This document shows, in pieces, positions 28,979 to 38,393 of a DNA stretch of 64,000 nt. The DNA lies in assembly GCA_000406005.1 (NCBI GenBank), contig ASZN01000021.1, positions 3,309-67,308 on the forward strand, read 5' to 3'. The notes under the pieces were generated by a model that worked only from the letters and a program-made list of their open reading frames with translations, ran no database searches and was not told the origin of the DNA. The position numbers were made by a program, and so were the translations under genes. The stretch is from Candidatus Poribacteria bacterium WGA-3G. Its GTDB lineage: Bacteria; Poribacteria; WGA-4E; WGA-3G. Within the stretch, counting starts at the first letter, position 1, and every line of letters starts with the position of its first letter.

Positions 28979-29185
28979 ATGCAAAAAACGAAACTAAAAA
29001 TCAGCGGTATGTCCTGTCAACATTGCGTCAAAACAGTGAAAGATGCGTTGACAGCACTTGAGGGCGTTCAGCGCGCGAAAGTCAACCTGCGCAAAGGCGA
29101 GGCAGTTGTCCGTTTCGATGAACTGCACGTCAGCCCTGCCAATCTCAGGGAGGCAATAACGCAAGCCGGATTTGAAGCGTCGTAA
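28979..29185 (+). CDS. copZ: heavy-metal-associated (HMA) copper chaperone
   Basis: GMSCQHCV metal-binding motif in a 68-aa ferredoxin-like fold. Confidence 0.85.
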   Translation: MQKTKLKISGMSCQHCVKTVKDALTALEGVQRAKVNLRKGEAVVRFDELHVSPANLREAITQAGFEAS

Positions 29186-29221
29186 CCCTCTACACACACA
29201 ATTCGGACAAAGTGGAAAAAG

Positions 29222-30511
29222 ATGGATACAGCAAGAATCCAAATCAAAGCAGGCAACGGTGGGAACGGATGCATCAGTTTCCGTCGCGAGAAATTCGTCC
29301 CTCGCGGCGGTCCTGACGGTGGCGATGGCGGCAACGGCGGCAACGTCGTCCTTATCGCTACCCTTGGAATGAGTACACTGATCGACCTGCATCATAACCC
29401 GCGCCAAGTCGCCGAAAATGGTGGACACGGCTCCGGCAAAAAACGAGACGGTGCTGATGGCGTAGATCGTGTCGTTAAAGTCCCTACCGGCACCATCGTT
29501 AGAGACTATGATACCACCGAGGTGCTTGCGGACCTAACGGAACCTGATGAAAGCGTTGTCGTCGCACGCGGCGGTATCGGCGGTAAGGGGAACGCACGCT
29601 TTAAAAGTAGCACCTTCCAAGCACCACGCGTCGCAGAGAAAGGCGAACCCGGCGAAGAACGTCAGATTAGCCTCGAAGTTAAACTCATCGCCGATGTCGG
29701 ACTCGTCGGCTATCCGAACGCCGGTAAATCGACACTCTTATCACGTACATCTGCCGCAACACCAAAAATCGCCGCCTACCCGTTCACGACGCTCCGTCCG
29801 AACCTCGGTGTCGTCCGCATCAACCGAGAACAGAACTTTATCCTCGCCGACATCCCCGGACTCATAGAAGGCGCGCATCAAGGTGCTGGCTTAGGACACC
29901 AATTCTTGCGGCACATCGAACGCACCAAGATGCTCATCCACGTCATCGACCTTAGTGCCACGGATGGACGAGACCCGATTAAAGATTACGAACAATTGAA
30001 CCGCGAATTGGGTCATTATAACGAATTGCTAACGAAACTGCCACAAATCATCGCACTCAATAAAACAGATATGCCCGAAGCGAAGGCGAACCTACAGCGC
30101 GTACAGGAATACTTCGGCAACCGGAAAACTTTTCCGATCTCTGCAATTACCGGTGACGGTGTGAACCCACTCATGCAGCAAGCCTATCGCTCCTTGCAAT
30201 ACTTGGAAGCACGTGCCCGAAAGGAAGCAGAGACAGCGATCATCTTGGAACATGAACTCCCACCGGAACCATCAGCACGGTTTGAACTCACTGAAACTGA
30301 AGATGGGTTCATTATCACCGGTGCAGAACCGCGCCGCGCCGTCCTCATGACCGACATGGAAAACGAACAAGCACTGGTCCTGTTATATCGGAAACTAAAA
30401 AATATGGGAGTTATAAACGCGCTTGCACGCGCAGGCGCGGAAGAAGGAGATACAGTCCAGATTGATGAATTCGAGTTCACCTATAGTCCAAAATCGATGC
30501 AATCCAGTTGA
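29222..30511 (+). CDS. obg: GTPase Obg/CgtA
   Basis: Glycine-rich Obg fold (GGNGG.G..SFRREK..P.GGPDGGDGGNGG) plus GTPase motifs GYPNAGKST and NKTD. Confidence 0.95.
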   Translation: MDTARIQIKAGNGGNGCISFRREKFVPRGGPDGGDGGNGGNVVLIATLGMSTLIDLHHNPRQVAENGGHGSGKKRDGADGVDRVVKVPTGTIVRDYDTTEVLADLTEPDESVVVARGGIGGKGNARFKSSTFQAPRVAEKGEPGEERQISLEVKLIADVGLVGYPNAGKSTLLSRTSAATPKIAAYPFTTLRPNLGVVRINREQNFILADIPGLIEGAHQGAGLGHQFLRHIERTKMLIHVIDLSATDGRDPIKDYEQLNRELGHYNELLTKLPQIIALNKTDMPEAKANLQRVQEYFGNRKTFPISAITGDGVNPLMQQAYRSLQYLEARARKEAETAIILEHELPPEPSARFELTETEDGFIITGAEPRRAVLMTDMENEQALVLLYRKLKNMGVINALARAGAEEGDTVQIDEFEFTYSPKSMQSS

Positions 30512-31628
30512 ACAGCGCGCCCGTTTAGGGGACGTACGGCGCATCGTCGTAAAGGTCGGCAGCAGCACCATCACAACGGACGGCGTGCTCAACGAAGCCG
30601 CTCTGGATGGACTTGTCCACGATTTAGCACTCGTCAAACAGGACGGTGTCGAGGTCATCCTTGTCACGTCAGGCGCCATCGCCGCCGGGTGGCCACAACT
30701 CGGTCTCAGGCAGCGTCCAAATACGCTACCACGCCTACAAGCCGCCGCCGCCACTGGGCAAATTCTATTAATGACAGCCTATCGAGAACGGTTCTCAAAT
30801 TATGGACAAAACGTCGCACTCATGCTCCTCACACGCGACGATTTCTCGAACCGCAAACGTTATACCCGTATGAACGACACCCTCCGAGCACTCCTGAATC
30901 TCGGCGTGATACCGATTATCAATGAAAACGACACCGTCGCCATTGAGGAAATCAAGGTCGGCGATAACGATACCCTCTCCGCTTACGTAACGAATCTCGC
31001 ACAAGCAGAACTCCTCGTTATCCTCTCCGATCAACCAGGTTTCTTCACCGCCGACCCAAGGTACACCCCGAATTCAGAACTCATCCACACCGTGAACACC
31101 ATCTCAGAGGAAATCTGGCAAGCCGCTGGTGAAGCAGGTACAACCAGTGGCACCGGCGGAATGGTGACCAAACTCAAAGCCGCTGACATCGTCACCGGAT
31201 CCGGAGAAATGATGGTCTTAGCAGACGGACAGGAACCGCTCGTCGTCACAAGACTCCTCAAGGGTGAGTTACTCGGAACCCTCTTCCTACCACATGAACG
31301 GATCTCCGGACGAAAACGCTGGATCGCCTATTCACGTCCACCGAAAGGCAGACTCATCTTAGACGACGGCGCACGCAATGCACTCATACAAGGCGGTAAA
31401 AGCCTACTGCCCGCCGGCATCCGACGCGTTGAAGGCAATTTCGACTACAGCGATACCGTCTCGTGTCTTACAGAAAACGGTGTGGAGTTTGCACGCGGCT
31501 TGGCAAACTATAATGCCGTAGAAACCGCCAAGCTCGCCGGGAAACAGACGACAGACATCGAAAAAATCCTCGGCTACCGCGACTACGACGAAATCATACA
31601 TCGCGATAATCTCGTCCTACTCGACTAA
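30465..31628 (+). CDS. proB: glutamate 5-kinase with C-terminal PUA domain
   Basis: RIVVKVGSS...VTSGAIAAG amino-acid-kinase motifs. Start uncertain: ATG 30465, or TTG 30423 overlapping obg. Confidence 0.85.
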   Translation: MNSSSPIVQNRCNPVEQRARLGDVRRIVVKVGSSTITTDGVLNEAALDGLVHDLALVKQDGVEVILVTSGAIAAGWPQLGLRQRPNTLPRLQAAAATGQILLMTAYRERFSNYGQNVALMLLTRDDFSNRKRYTRMNDTLRALLNLGVIPIINENDTVAIEEIKVGDNDTLSAYVTNLAQAELLVILSDQPGFFTADPRYTPNSELIHTVNTISEEIWQAAGEAGTTSGTGGMVTKLKAADIVTGSGEMMVLADGQEPLVVTRLLKGELLGTLFLPHERISGRKRWIAYSRPPKGRLILDDGARNALIQGGKSLLPAGIRRVEGNFDYSDTVSCLTENGVEFARGLANYNAVETAKLAGKQTTDIEKILGYRDYDEIIHRDNLVLLD

Positions 31629-31642
31629 TCTGTTGCCACGAC

Positions 31643-31828
31643 TCATTTGGAATCAGTGGTTTGTTGAGCTTTATCAACGAGAAGCGATTCTATCTTAGCA
31701 AGCCTCGCGTTTATTTCTTCAAGCGTTGGGTTCGAATCTTTTACTTTTTCTTCCAAAGTTTTTCTAATATCTCTCAGTTCATCAAGAATTATCTGTTCTA
31801 TGCTCGTTAGTGTTTTGATGTCTACCAT
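31643..31828 (-). CDS. small coiled-coil hypothetical protein
   Basis: 61-aa ORF convergent with proB. No recognisable domain. Confidence 0.3.
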   Translation of the reverse strand: MVDIKTLTSIEQIILDELRDIRKTLEEKVKDSNPTLEEINARLAKIESLLVDKAQQTTDSK

Positions 31829-32020
31829 CCGTACCTCCGTGGTGTTGACCAGCGGCGAATTGATAAATTCCGCTTAAATATTTATCTTGCATTCTATCAT
31901 ACTTGACCTAAAAATGTCAAAATATTCGCTCTTGAAATTTTCCAAACGACACGTTATAATACTCTTGCTATTCTTATACTTCAATTTTTGAGGAAAGGTG
32001 GAAAACAGGAAGGGAAACGC

Positions 32021-32785
32021 ATGGTTAGCCGAGAAACTATTCAAGCCGTTGTTGACGATATCGTGCGCGAGTTCACACCGCTACAAGTGATTCTCTTCGG
32101 CTCCTATGCCTACGGCACACCGACAGAGGACTCGGATGTGGACCTGCTCGTCGTCATGGATATTCCGAAATCAGAGTTTCGCAATAAAGCTATAGAGATC
32201 CGGCAACGTATCCCGTACCCGTTCGGCATGGATCTCTTAGTCCGCTCTCCGGAAGAGATCGCGTATCGTGTCGCCTACAACGATTGGTTTCTCCGCGAGA
32301 TTACTGAAAAAGGAGAACTCCTTCACGGATATGACACACATTGCAAAATAGAAAATACACAAAACACACCCAACATCTTCAAAAAGGAGAAGGTCCTGAT
32401 GAACCCGCTAACACTGGAGTGGGTGGAAAAGGCTGAAGAAGATTATAATTTAGCACAGTTGGCGCAGCAATCGTCCCGTCCATTTCACAATTCTATCTGT
32501 TTCCATGCGCAACAGTGCATCGAAAAATATCTAAAAGCGTGGCTTCAAGAGGCGAGCATTCCGGTACCAAGAACACACAATCTTGAGGAATTACTGATGT
32601 TGATTGTGCCGAGGCTGCCTGATTGGAATCAGTGGTATCCTGATTTTAAGACAATCACTATGTATGCAGTGGATTCTCGCTACCCAGGCGATCCAGCGAC
32701 TGCTGAGAATACAGAACATGCTATGCGTGTATGCGACGCGGTGCGTCAAGCCATCCGTTCCTCATTAAAACTTCCAATTATCTGA
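32021..32785 (+). CDS. nucleotidyltransferase (MNT/Pol-beta-like) fused to a HEPN domain in one polypeptide
   Basis: N-terminal GSYAYGTPTEDSDVDLLVV (GS...D.D nucleotidyltransferase motif). C-terminal HEPN with the RTHNLEEL R-x4-H motif. Confidence 0.75.
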   Translation: MVSRETIQAVVDDIVREFTPLQVILFGSYAYGTPTEDSDVDLLVVMDIPKSEFRNKAIEIRQRIPYPFGMDLLVRSPEEIAYRVAYNDWFLREITEKGELLHGYDTHCKIENTQNTPNIFKKEKVLMNPLTLEWVEKAEEDYNLAQLAQQSSRPFHNSICFHAQQCIEKYLKAWLQEASIPVPRTHNLEELLMLIVPRLPDWNQWYPDFKTITMYAVDSRYPGDPATAENTEHAMRVCDAVRQAIRSSLKLPII

Positions 32786-32847
32786 GTCGGTTATGTCAAA
32801 CTTGACAATTTCTATGAACCATTGATCACGTTCACCAAAGGAACACT

Positions 32848-34110
32848 ATGAACCAAAACATCCAAGAAATGATCCAATCACAAGCGAAAAAAGCAAAATC
32901 GGCGATGCGCGTTTTATCGCGGAGCTCCGCAGATGTCCGAAATAATGCGCTCTTAGCGATGGCTGAAAGCCTGCAGGACTCCAAAGATAAAATCCAAGCC
33001 GCCAATCGTATTGACCTCGATAACGGCGAAAAAACCGGACTCGCTGCACCCCTCATGCAACGTCTCCTCTTAGACAATAAAAAGATTGAACGTATGGTCG
33101 ACAACCTCCGACAAGTCGCCGCCCTCCCAGACCCCATCGGTGCCGTCATCAGTATGGGAGAACGTCCGAACGGACTCAAAATCGGCACTGTCCGTGTACC
33201 TATCGGTGTCGTCGCCGTGGTATACGAGTCACGTCCAGATGTGACCGTCGAAGTCTCGGCACTCTGCATCAAATCCGGGAACGGCGTTATCCTGCGTGGC
33301 GGTTCCGAGGCAATACACTCCAACGCAACACTCGCTCGGATACTCAGCGATACCGCCGCCGCAGAAGGTGTCCCAAACGCAATCCAATTCGTTGACACCA
33401 CCGACCGCCAAGCAGTCTACGAACTCATCCGTCTGCCAGACTATGTTGACCTCGTGATCCCTCGCGGTAGCAACGAATTCGTACAATTCCTGATGAAGGA
33501 ATCCGATGTTCCCGTACTCGGACACGCCGACGGTATCTGCCACATCTACGTCGATAAAGCCGCCGACCTCGAAATGGCAAACAATATCTGCATCAACGCG
33601 AAGATCGGATACAAAGTCGCCGTCTGCAACGCATTGGAAACACTTCTTGTCCACGCCGATACTGCCGAAAAATTCCTCCCCGCTTTTTGTGAGACGCTAC
33701 AAGATGCCGAGGTTGAAATCCGTGGATGCGAACAGACACAGCAACTCTATCCAGCTGCCAAACCCGCAACCGAAGAAGATTGGCGCACAGAATACCTCGA
33801 CTATATTCTCTCTATCCGCATAGTGGACGACATCGAAACAGCGATTGATCACATAGAAACTTACGGCTCACACCATTCCGACGCGATTATCACCGAGAGC
33901 TACAGCACAGCGCAACGCTTCCTCAAAGAGGTCGATTCCGCTGCAGTCTACGTCAACGCCAGCACCGTCTTCACCGACGGCTATGAATTCGGTCTCGGTG
34001 CCGAAGTCGGTATCAGCACACAGAAACTCCACTCCCGCGGTCCGATGGGACTCGAAGGTTTGACAACCTACAAATACATCGTCTACGGAAACGGTCAAGT
34101 CCGCGAATAG
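32848..34110 (+). CDS. proA: gamma-glutamyl phosphate reductase
   Basis: Aldehyde dehydrogenase fold with a GSEA-type glutamate-cysteine region. 420 aa, typical of ProA. Confidence 0.95.
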   Translation: MNQNIQEMIQSQAKKAKSAMRVLSRSSADVRNNALLAMAESLQDSKDKIQAANRIDLDNGEKTGLAAPLMQRLLLDNKKIERMVDNLRQVAALPDPIGAVISMGERPNGLKIGTVRVPIGVVAVVYESRPDVTVEVSALCIKSGNGVILRGGSEAIHSNATLARILSDTAAAEGVPNAIQFVDTTDRQAVYELIRLPDYVDLVIPRGSNEFVQFLMKESDVPVLGHADGICHIYVDKAADLEMANNICINAKIGYKVAVCNALETLLVHADTAEKFLPAFCETLQDAEVEIRGCEQTQQLYPAAKPATEEDWRTEYLDYILSIRIVDDIETAIDHIETYGSHHSDAIITESYSTAQRFLKEVDSAAVYVNASTVFTDGYEFGLGAEVGISTQKLHSRGPMGLEGLTTYKYIVYGNGQVRE

Positions 34111-34155
34111 GGCACACCACGCGCTCCTAACGCAGTCCATTACCGGAGGAAAATC

Positions 34156-34773
34156 ATGGCAGCCCGTGCAGCACAAACCCATCTCACACCTGAAGAATAT
34201 ATTGCTTTAGAACGCAAAGCAATACCTGATGCCGACACTGCCAGAAATGAATACGTCAAAGGGAAAATAATCGCAATGTCTGGAGCGAGTCGAGAGCATA
34301 ATCTCATCACTAATAACATATCTGGCGAGCTCCGCAATCTATTAAAAAGCAGCGGCTGTGAAACCTACGCGAGCGATATGCGGGTGAGTTCTCCTCTCAC
34401 TTCCTCCTACTTCTACCCTGATGTCGTTGTCGTTTGTGAAGAACCTCGTTTTGAAGACGATGTTTTTGATATACTCCTTAACCCCACTATCCTTGTAGAA
34501 GTCCTCTCTGCTTCAACCGAGGCTTATGATCGCGGCGAAAAATTCGGACACTACCGACACCTCGCGTCCTTGCAGGAATACATCCTCATTTCCCAAGACA
34601 AGGTACTCGTTGAACGCTACCGCCGCCAAAAAAAACAGGATACCGCACCCGTTCCTGCAAAAGACTGGATTTTCACCGCTTTCCAAGCACTTGAGGACAT
34701 TTTGCCACTCACCGCCATCCAATGCGAACTCCCCTTGCAAGAAATCTACGAACGCGTCACATTTCCTGATTAG
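34156..34773 (+). CDS. Uma2-family (DUF820) PD-(D/E)xK endonuclease-like protein
   Basis: EYIALER...G.II.MSGASREH... pattern, about 200 aa. Confidence 0.75.
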   Translation: MAARAAQTHLTPEEYIALERKAIPDADTARNEYVKGKIIAMSGASREHNLITNNISGELRNLLKSSGCETYASDMRVSSPLTSSYFYPDVVVVCEEPRFEDDVFDILLNPTILVEVLSASTEAYDRGEKFGHYRHLASLQEYILISQDKVLVERYRRQKKQDTAPVPAKDWIFTAFQALEDILPLTAIQCELPLQEIYERVTFPD

Positions 34774-34796
34774 AGTTTTGGAGAACCATAAGGCTG

Positions 34797-36149
34797 ATTA
34801 CGATAAAAGAACCCTCTATCCTAAAAAATATCCTCGTTGTCACGCCGCTGAGTCTGATCGGACGTGCCGGCACATTTTTTATCTATATCGCACTCGCCAA
34901 CTGGTTCGGCGACCCAGTAGAAATGGATTTCATCTACTACTATTGGGGGATCGCCGTATTCTTGATTGATCTACTTAGTGCCGCATCGGCTTATTCCGTC
35001 CTCGTTCCGCTATTAGCCGAAGCCCGAATGAAAAGTGAAACCGAAGCACAACGCTGCGTCCAATCCATCTTTTCCCGTTATATAACGATAATGCCGTGGC
35101 TCTGCTGCCTCCTCGTTGCCATCTCTTATGTAATCTCTCAACGCTTCTTACCAAACACCGGACTCACACCGACCACCACTTTCGGCATCGTTTGTGGATT
35201 TCTCTGCCTCGCAATCATCACATCCATCCGTTGGATGCTCAAGGCAGTATTGGACACTTATCAAGCGTTTCGACTCCCCGTTATTTTACAAGGGCTCCGT
35301 GCTGCCGTCGTCATCGGAACAATCTACTTATGCAAACCTTCGCTAACATGGCTCAGTATACCGCTCGCACTGATCCTCGGCGAACTTTTTCAAGTAGTTG
35401 TCCTATTCCCACGATGCTGCACCATCCTAAATCTACGGGTGCAGCACCTGAAACTCAATTTACAGGAGACACCCTATACCAAACAGTTCTTCCCTCAATG
35501 TCTACTCATGATCGGTGCGGCGATTTCCGATGGGCTGAACCCCGTCGTCGATAGAGGGATGGCAAGCACATTAGGCGCGAGTTCCGTCTCAAAACTGGAT
35601 TACGCACTCCGCTTGTGCGCAATCCCCGAAACGCTCACAGGTGTAACACTTCCTGTTCTACTTTCGCATTGGGCAAAGATATCATCATCTGAGCAGCAAC
35701 CTGAAAACAACCGAACAACTCACGGAACACAATTCCAACGAAGCGTCTGGCAAGGGGCAGTTATACTGTTGGTGTTGATGACACCGTTCCTGACAGGTTT
35801 CTATCTTTTCCGGGAAAACATCGTCTCAATTTTGTATGGACACGGTGAATTGTCCGAGGTAGGTCAGTTGCACATCGCTTCATTGCTGGGGATCTATCTG
35901 CTTGGAATGCTGCCACGTCTTATGAGCAGGTTGCTCATCCGCGCGCATCTCGCACGTCAGGCACACGGCACCATCGTAACCGCAACCCTCATCAGACTCG
36001 TCCTAAATCCGTTTCTCAATTGGGTGTTCATGTGGTATTGGGGATTAGAAGGGATCGCTTGGTCAACAGCGTTGCTGTCCTATCCAATTTTCGCGTACAT
36101 CGCGATCGCGTTCTGGCGCGCGGAACAGATGGACAAAACTAAACCATAG
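34797..36149 (+). CDS. murJ: lipid II flippase MurJ (MviN) with no canonical start codon; the N-terminus is encoded upstream of the listed ATG 34923
   Basis: The frame is open from 34770. Upstream translation ILKNILVVTPLSLIGRAGTFFIYIALANWFGDPVEMDF... matches the MurJ N-terminus (..ARYFGAG.ATDAFFVAFKIPN...FVPVLAEY). The only candidate initiators are ATT/ATA/CTG. Confidence 0.6.
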   Translation: MTIKEPSILKNILVVTPLSLIGRAGTFFIYIALANWFGDPVEMDFIYYYWGIAVFLIDLLSAASAYSVLVPLLAEARMKSETEAQRCVQSIFSRYITIMPWLCCLLVAISYVISQRFLPNTGLTPTTTFGIVCGFLCLAIITSIRWMLKAVLDTYQAFRLPVILQGLRAAVVIGTIYLCKPSLTWLSIPLALILGELFQVVVLFPRCCTILNLRVQHLKLNLQETPYTKQFFPQCLLMIGAAISDGLNPVVDRGMASTLGASSVSKLDYALRLCAIPETLTGVTLPVLLSHWAKISSSEQQPENNRTTHGTQFQRSVWQGAVILLVLMTPFLTGFYLFRENIVSILYGHGELSEVGQLHIASLLGIYLLGMLPRLMSRLLIRAHLARQAHGTIVTATLIRLVLNPFLNWVFMWYWGLEGIAWSTALLSYPIFAYIAIAFWRAEQMDKTKP

Positions 36150-36900
36150 CGAAACGTTCAGGGTAATTAGAGGTAATACCTTGCACACCGAAGGTCACCA
36201 TTTCGCGCATCCGATCCAGGTCATCTACCGTCCAACACCACAACGCAATACCGCGCCGTCGGATCTGATACGCAAATTCGGCTGTGATTAACTCGTGATT
36301 GACATTCAGCAGATTGCCCCCCAATTCTCCCAATCGCTGACAGAGGTCGGCGGGTGAAGCACCGTTGTTATGACTTCCAATGAGCCATCCCGTCGGGATA
36401 CGCGGTTCCAAACCGCGAACATCTTGTAGAACAGAGGTATGGAAGGAGATAATAACCACCTGTTCAAGCGCGTTCATTTCTCGAACTTTTCTGACAACCG
36501 CTTCACCGATAGTGGGATCCTTAATTTCGAGCAGAGCAATCGCGTCGCCAGAGATGCATTCTAACGCCTCCGCAAGCGTCGGCACCAACTCACGAGCGAC
36601 TGTTTTAACCGTAGTAGCATCCACCTGAACCTGTTCGCCGCCAAAGTCAGGATGAAACCAACCACCAGCATCCGCCATCTTGACTGTTGCAAGCGTCTTT
36701 CCCCGAACAAGTCCACTGAGGTTTGTCGTTCTGTCCAACGTGGCATCGTGTATCGCAACGATTTCGCCATCCTTCGTCCCGTGCAGATCAAGTTCAATAG
36801 CATCCACACCGATTGCGAGTGCTTCCCTGAACGCCGAAAGCGTATTTTCTGGCGCACTCGCAGATGCGCCACGGTGCGCAATCCGAATCCACGAACCCAT
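36139..36900 (-). CDS. ugpQ: glycerophosphodiester phosphodiesterase
   Basis: IAHRGASASAPENTLSAF...ELDLHGTKDGEIVAIHD GDPD motifs. Start at MGSWIR, preceded by AGGAG. Confidence 0.85.
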   Translation of the reverse strand: MGSWIRIAHRGASASAPENTLSAFREALAIGVDAIELDLHGTKDGEIVAIHDATLDRTTNLSGLVRGKTLATVKMADAGGWFHPDFGGEQVQVDATTVKTVARELVPTLAEALECISGDAIALLEIKDPTIGEAVVRKVREMNALEQVVIISFHTSVLQDVRGLEPRIPTGWLIGSHNNGASPADLCQRLGELGGNLLNVNHELITAEFAYQIRRRGIALWCWTVDDLDRMREMVTFGVQGITSNYPERFAMV

Positions 36901-36922
36901 AATGTTTCGTCTCCTATCGTGC

Positions 36923-38356
36923 TTACGCCATTTCATCAACACCGCTGCTCTGTTTAATCTTCTTTAACAGTGTGGTCCGACTCATACCCAGCAACTCGGC
37001 AGTCTTACTGTGATTGCCCGAAAACGCATTTAAAACCAGTTCAATCAACACCTTATCCAACTGATTAACAACATCTTCGTAAAGTCCCTGTTTCCCTTCG
37101 GAGACAGCCTCCTGAATCGTGTCCCGTAAAATGGACTTAAGGGTCGCCTCAAGTTGTGAACCATCGGTAGCACTTACTGCGTGTCCACTCCTGATTTCTG
37201 GTGGTAGATCGTCTGGCAGAACCACATCCGATCGAGACAACGCCGCTGCGCTACGGACACAATTTTCCAACTCCCGAACATTCCCAGGCCACGGATAGTC
37301 TCGCAGCAGCTGCATCGCTTCCTCGGAAATACCGCGAATCGGCTTGCCGAGTTCCTCCTGAATCAGTTGCAAGAAATGCGTAACAAGTAGTGGAATATCT
37401 TCTTGACGCTCCCGTAACGGCGGTAGATGGATCGCAATACGCTTGAAACGGTAATAGAGATCCTCACGGAACTGGCCACGTCTCACCATTTCGCCAAGTT
37501 CCTGATTCGTAGCAGCGATCAAGCGAACATCCACTTTAAGTCTACGAGTTCCGCCTAATCGTTCAATCTCTTGCGTCTGCAAAGCACGGAGCAGTTTCAC
37601 TTGTAATGCCGGGGTCATGTTACTGACTTCATCAAGAAAAAGTGTGCCGCCGTTCGCCAACTCAAATCGTCCCGGTTTCCCCTCCGTTTTTGCGCCTGTG
37701 AACGCTCCCGCTTCATAGCCGAAAAGTTCACTCTCCAAAAGCTCATCAGGGAGCGCGCCACAATCAACCGGAATAAACGGTTTCTCCTTGCGTTCACTCC
37801 CGACGTGAATAGCACGCGCAACGAGATCCTTGCCGCTCCCCGTCTCACCCTCAATCAACACAGTCATCGCATTGCTCGCCATAATCCCGATGAGCTTGTA
37901 GATTTCACGCATCTGGCTGCTTTTACCGACCAACCGGTGCCCGCTCTGCACCGCCGATTCGTCCGCCGCTTCTACAGTCAAGGCGCTGCGAACAGATTGT
38001 GTTCGGAACGCACGCTCCAACACACCCTTGACGACATCGAGATCAATCGGTTTCGGCACAAAATCAAACGCTTGCAAACGCATCGCCTCTATTGTCGTTT
38101 CTACATCATCATAAGCCGTGATGATAACCACAATCACCCACGGATGACGCGCTTTAATCTCTTCTAACGCCTCTAAGCCACTCATCCCCGGCAAGTTCAC
38201 ATCAAGCAAAACGACGTCCGGCTTGTCAGCAGCGATACGGCGTAAACCTTCCTCGGCACTGTTCGCGACATCCGGCGCATACCCTTCACTTTCAAGGAAT
38301 TGCTCGAAAGCCCAACAAATCTTCTCATCGTCGTCAATGACCAACACGTGTTTCAT
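36923..38356 (-). CDS. sigma-54-dependent response regulator (NtrC family: REC-AAA+-Fis HTH)
   Basis: REC domain, GETGSGKDLVARAIH Walker A, GAFTGA sigma-54 contact motif and a C-terminal Fis-type HTH. Start at MKHVLVIDDD, preceded by AGGTGG. Confidence 0.9.
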   Translation of the reverse strand: MKHVLVIDDDEKICWAFEQFLESEGYAPDVANSAEEGLRRIAADKPDVVLLDVNLPGMSGLEALEEIKARHPWVIVVIITAYDDVETTIEAMRLQAFDFVPKPIDLDVVKGVLERAFRTQSVRSALTVEAADESAVQSGHRLVGKSSQMREIYKLIGIMASNAMTVLIEGETGSGKDLVARAIHVGSERKEKPFIPVDCGALPDELLESELFGYEAGAFTGAKTEGKPGRFELANGGTLFLDEVSNMTPALQVKLLRALQTQEIERLGGTRRLKVDVRLIAATNQELGEMVRRGQFREDLYYRFKRIAIHLPPLRERQEDIPLLVTHFLQLIQEELGKPIRGISEEAMQLLRDYPWPGNVRELENCVRSAAALSRSDVVLPDDLPPEIRSGHAVSATDGSQLEATLKSILRDTIQEAVSEGKQGLYEDVVNQLDKVLIELVLNAFSGNHSKTAELLGMSRTTLLKKIKQSSGVDEMA

Positions 38357-38393
38357 AGATCCACCTAAGCACCCTTGACAAACTCGACAGCGT

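Noticed and set aside
35096-35554. 152-aa plus-strand ORF inside murJ
   Set aside because: It is an alternative frame of a confidently identified membrane protein gene, and its translation is Arg/His-rich.
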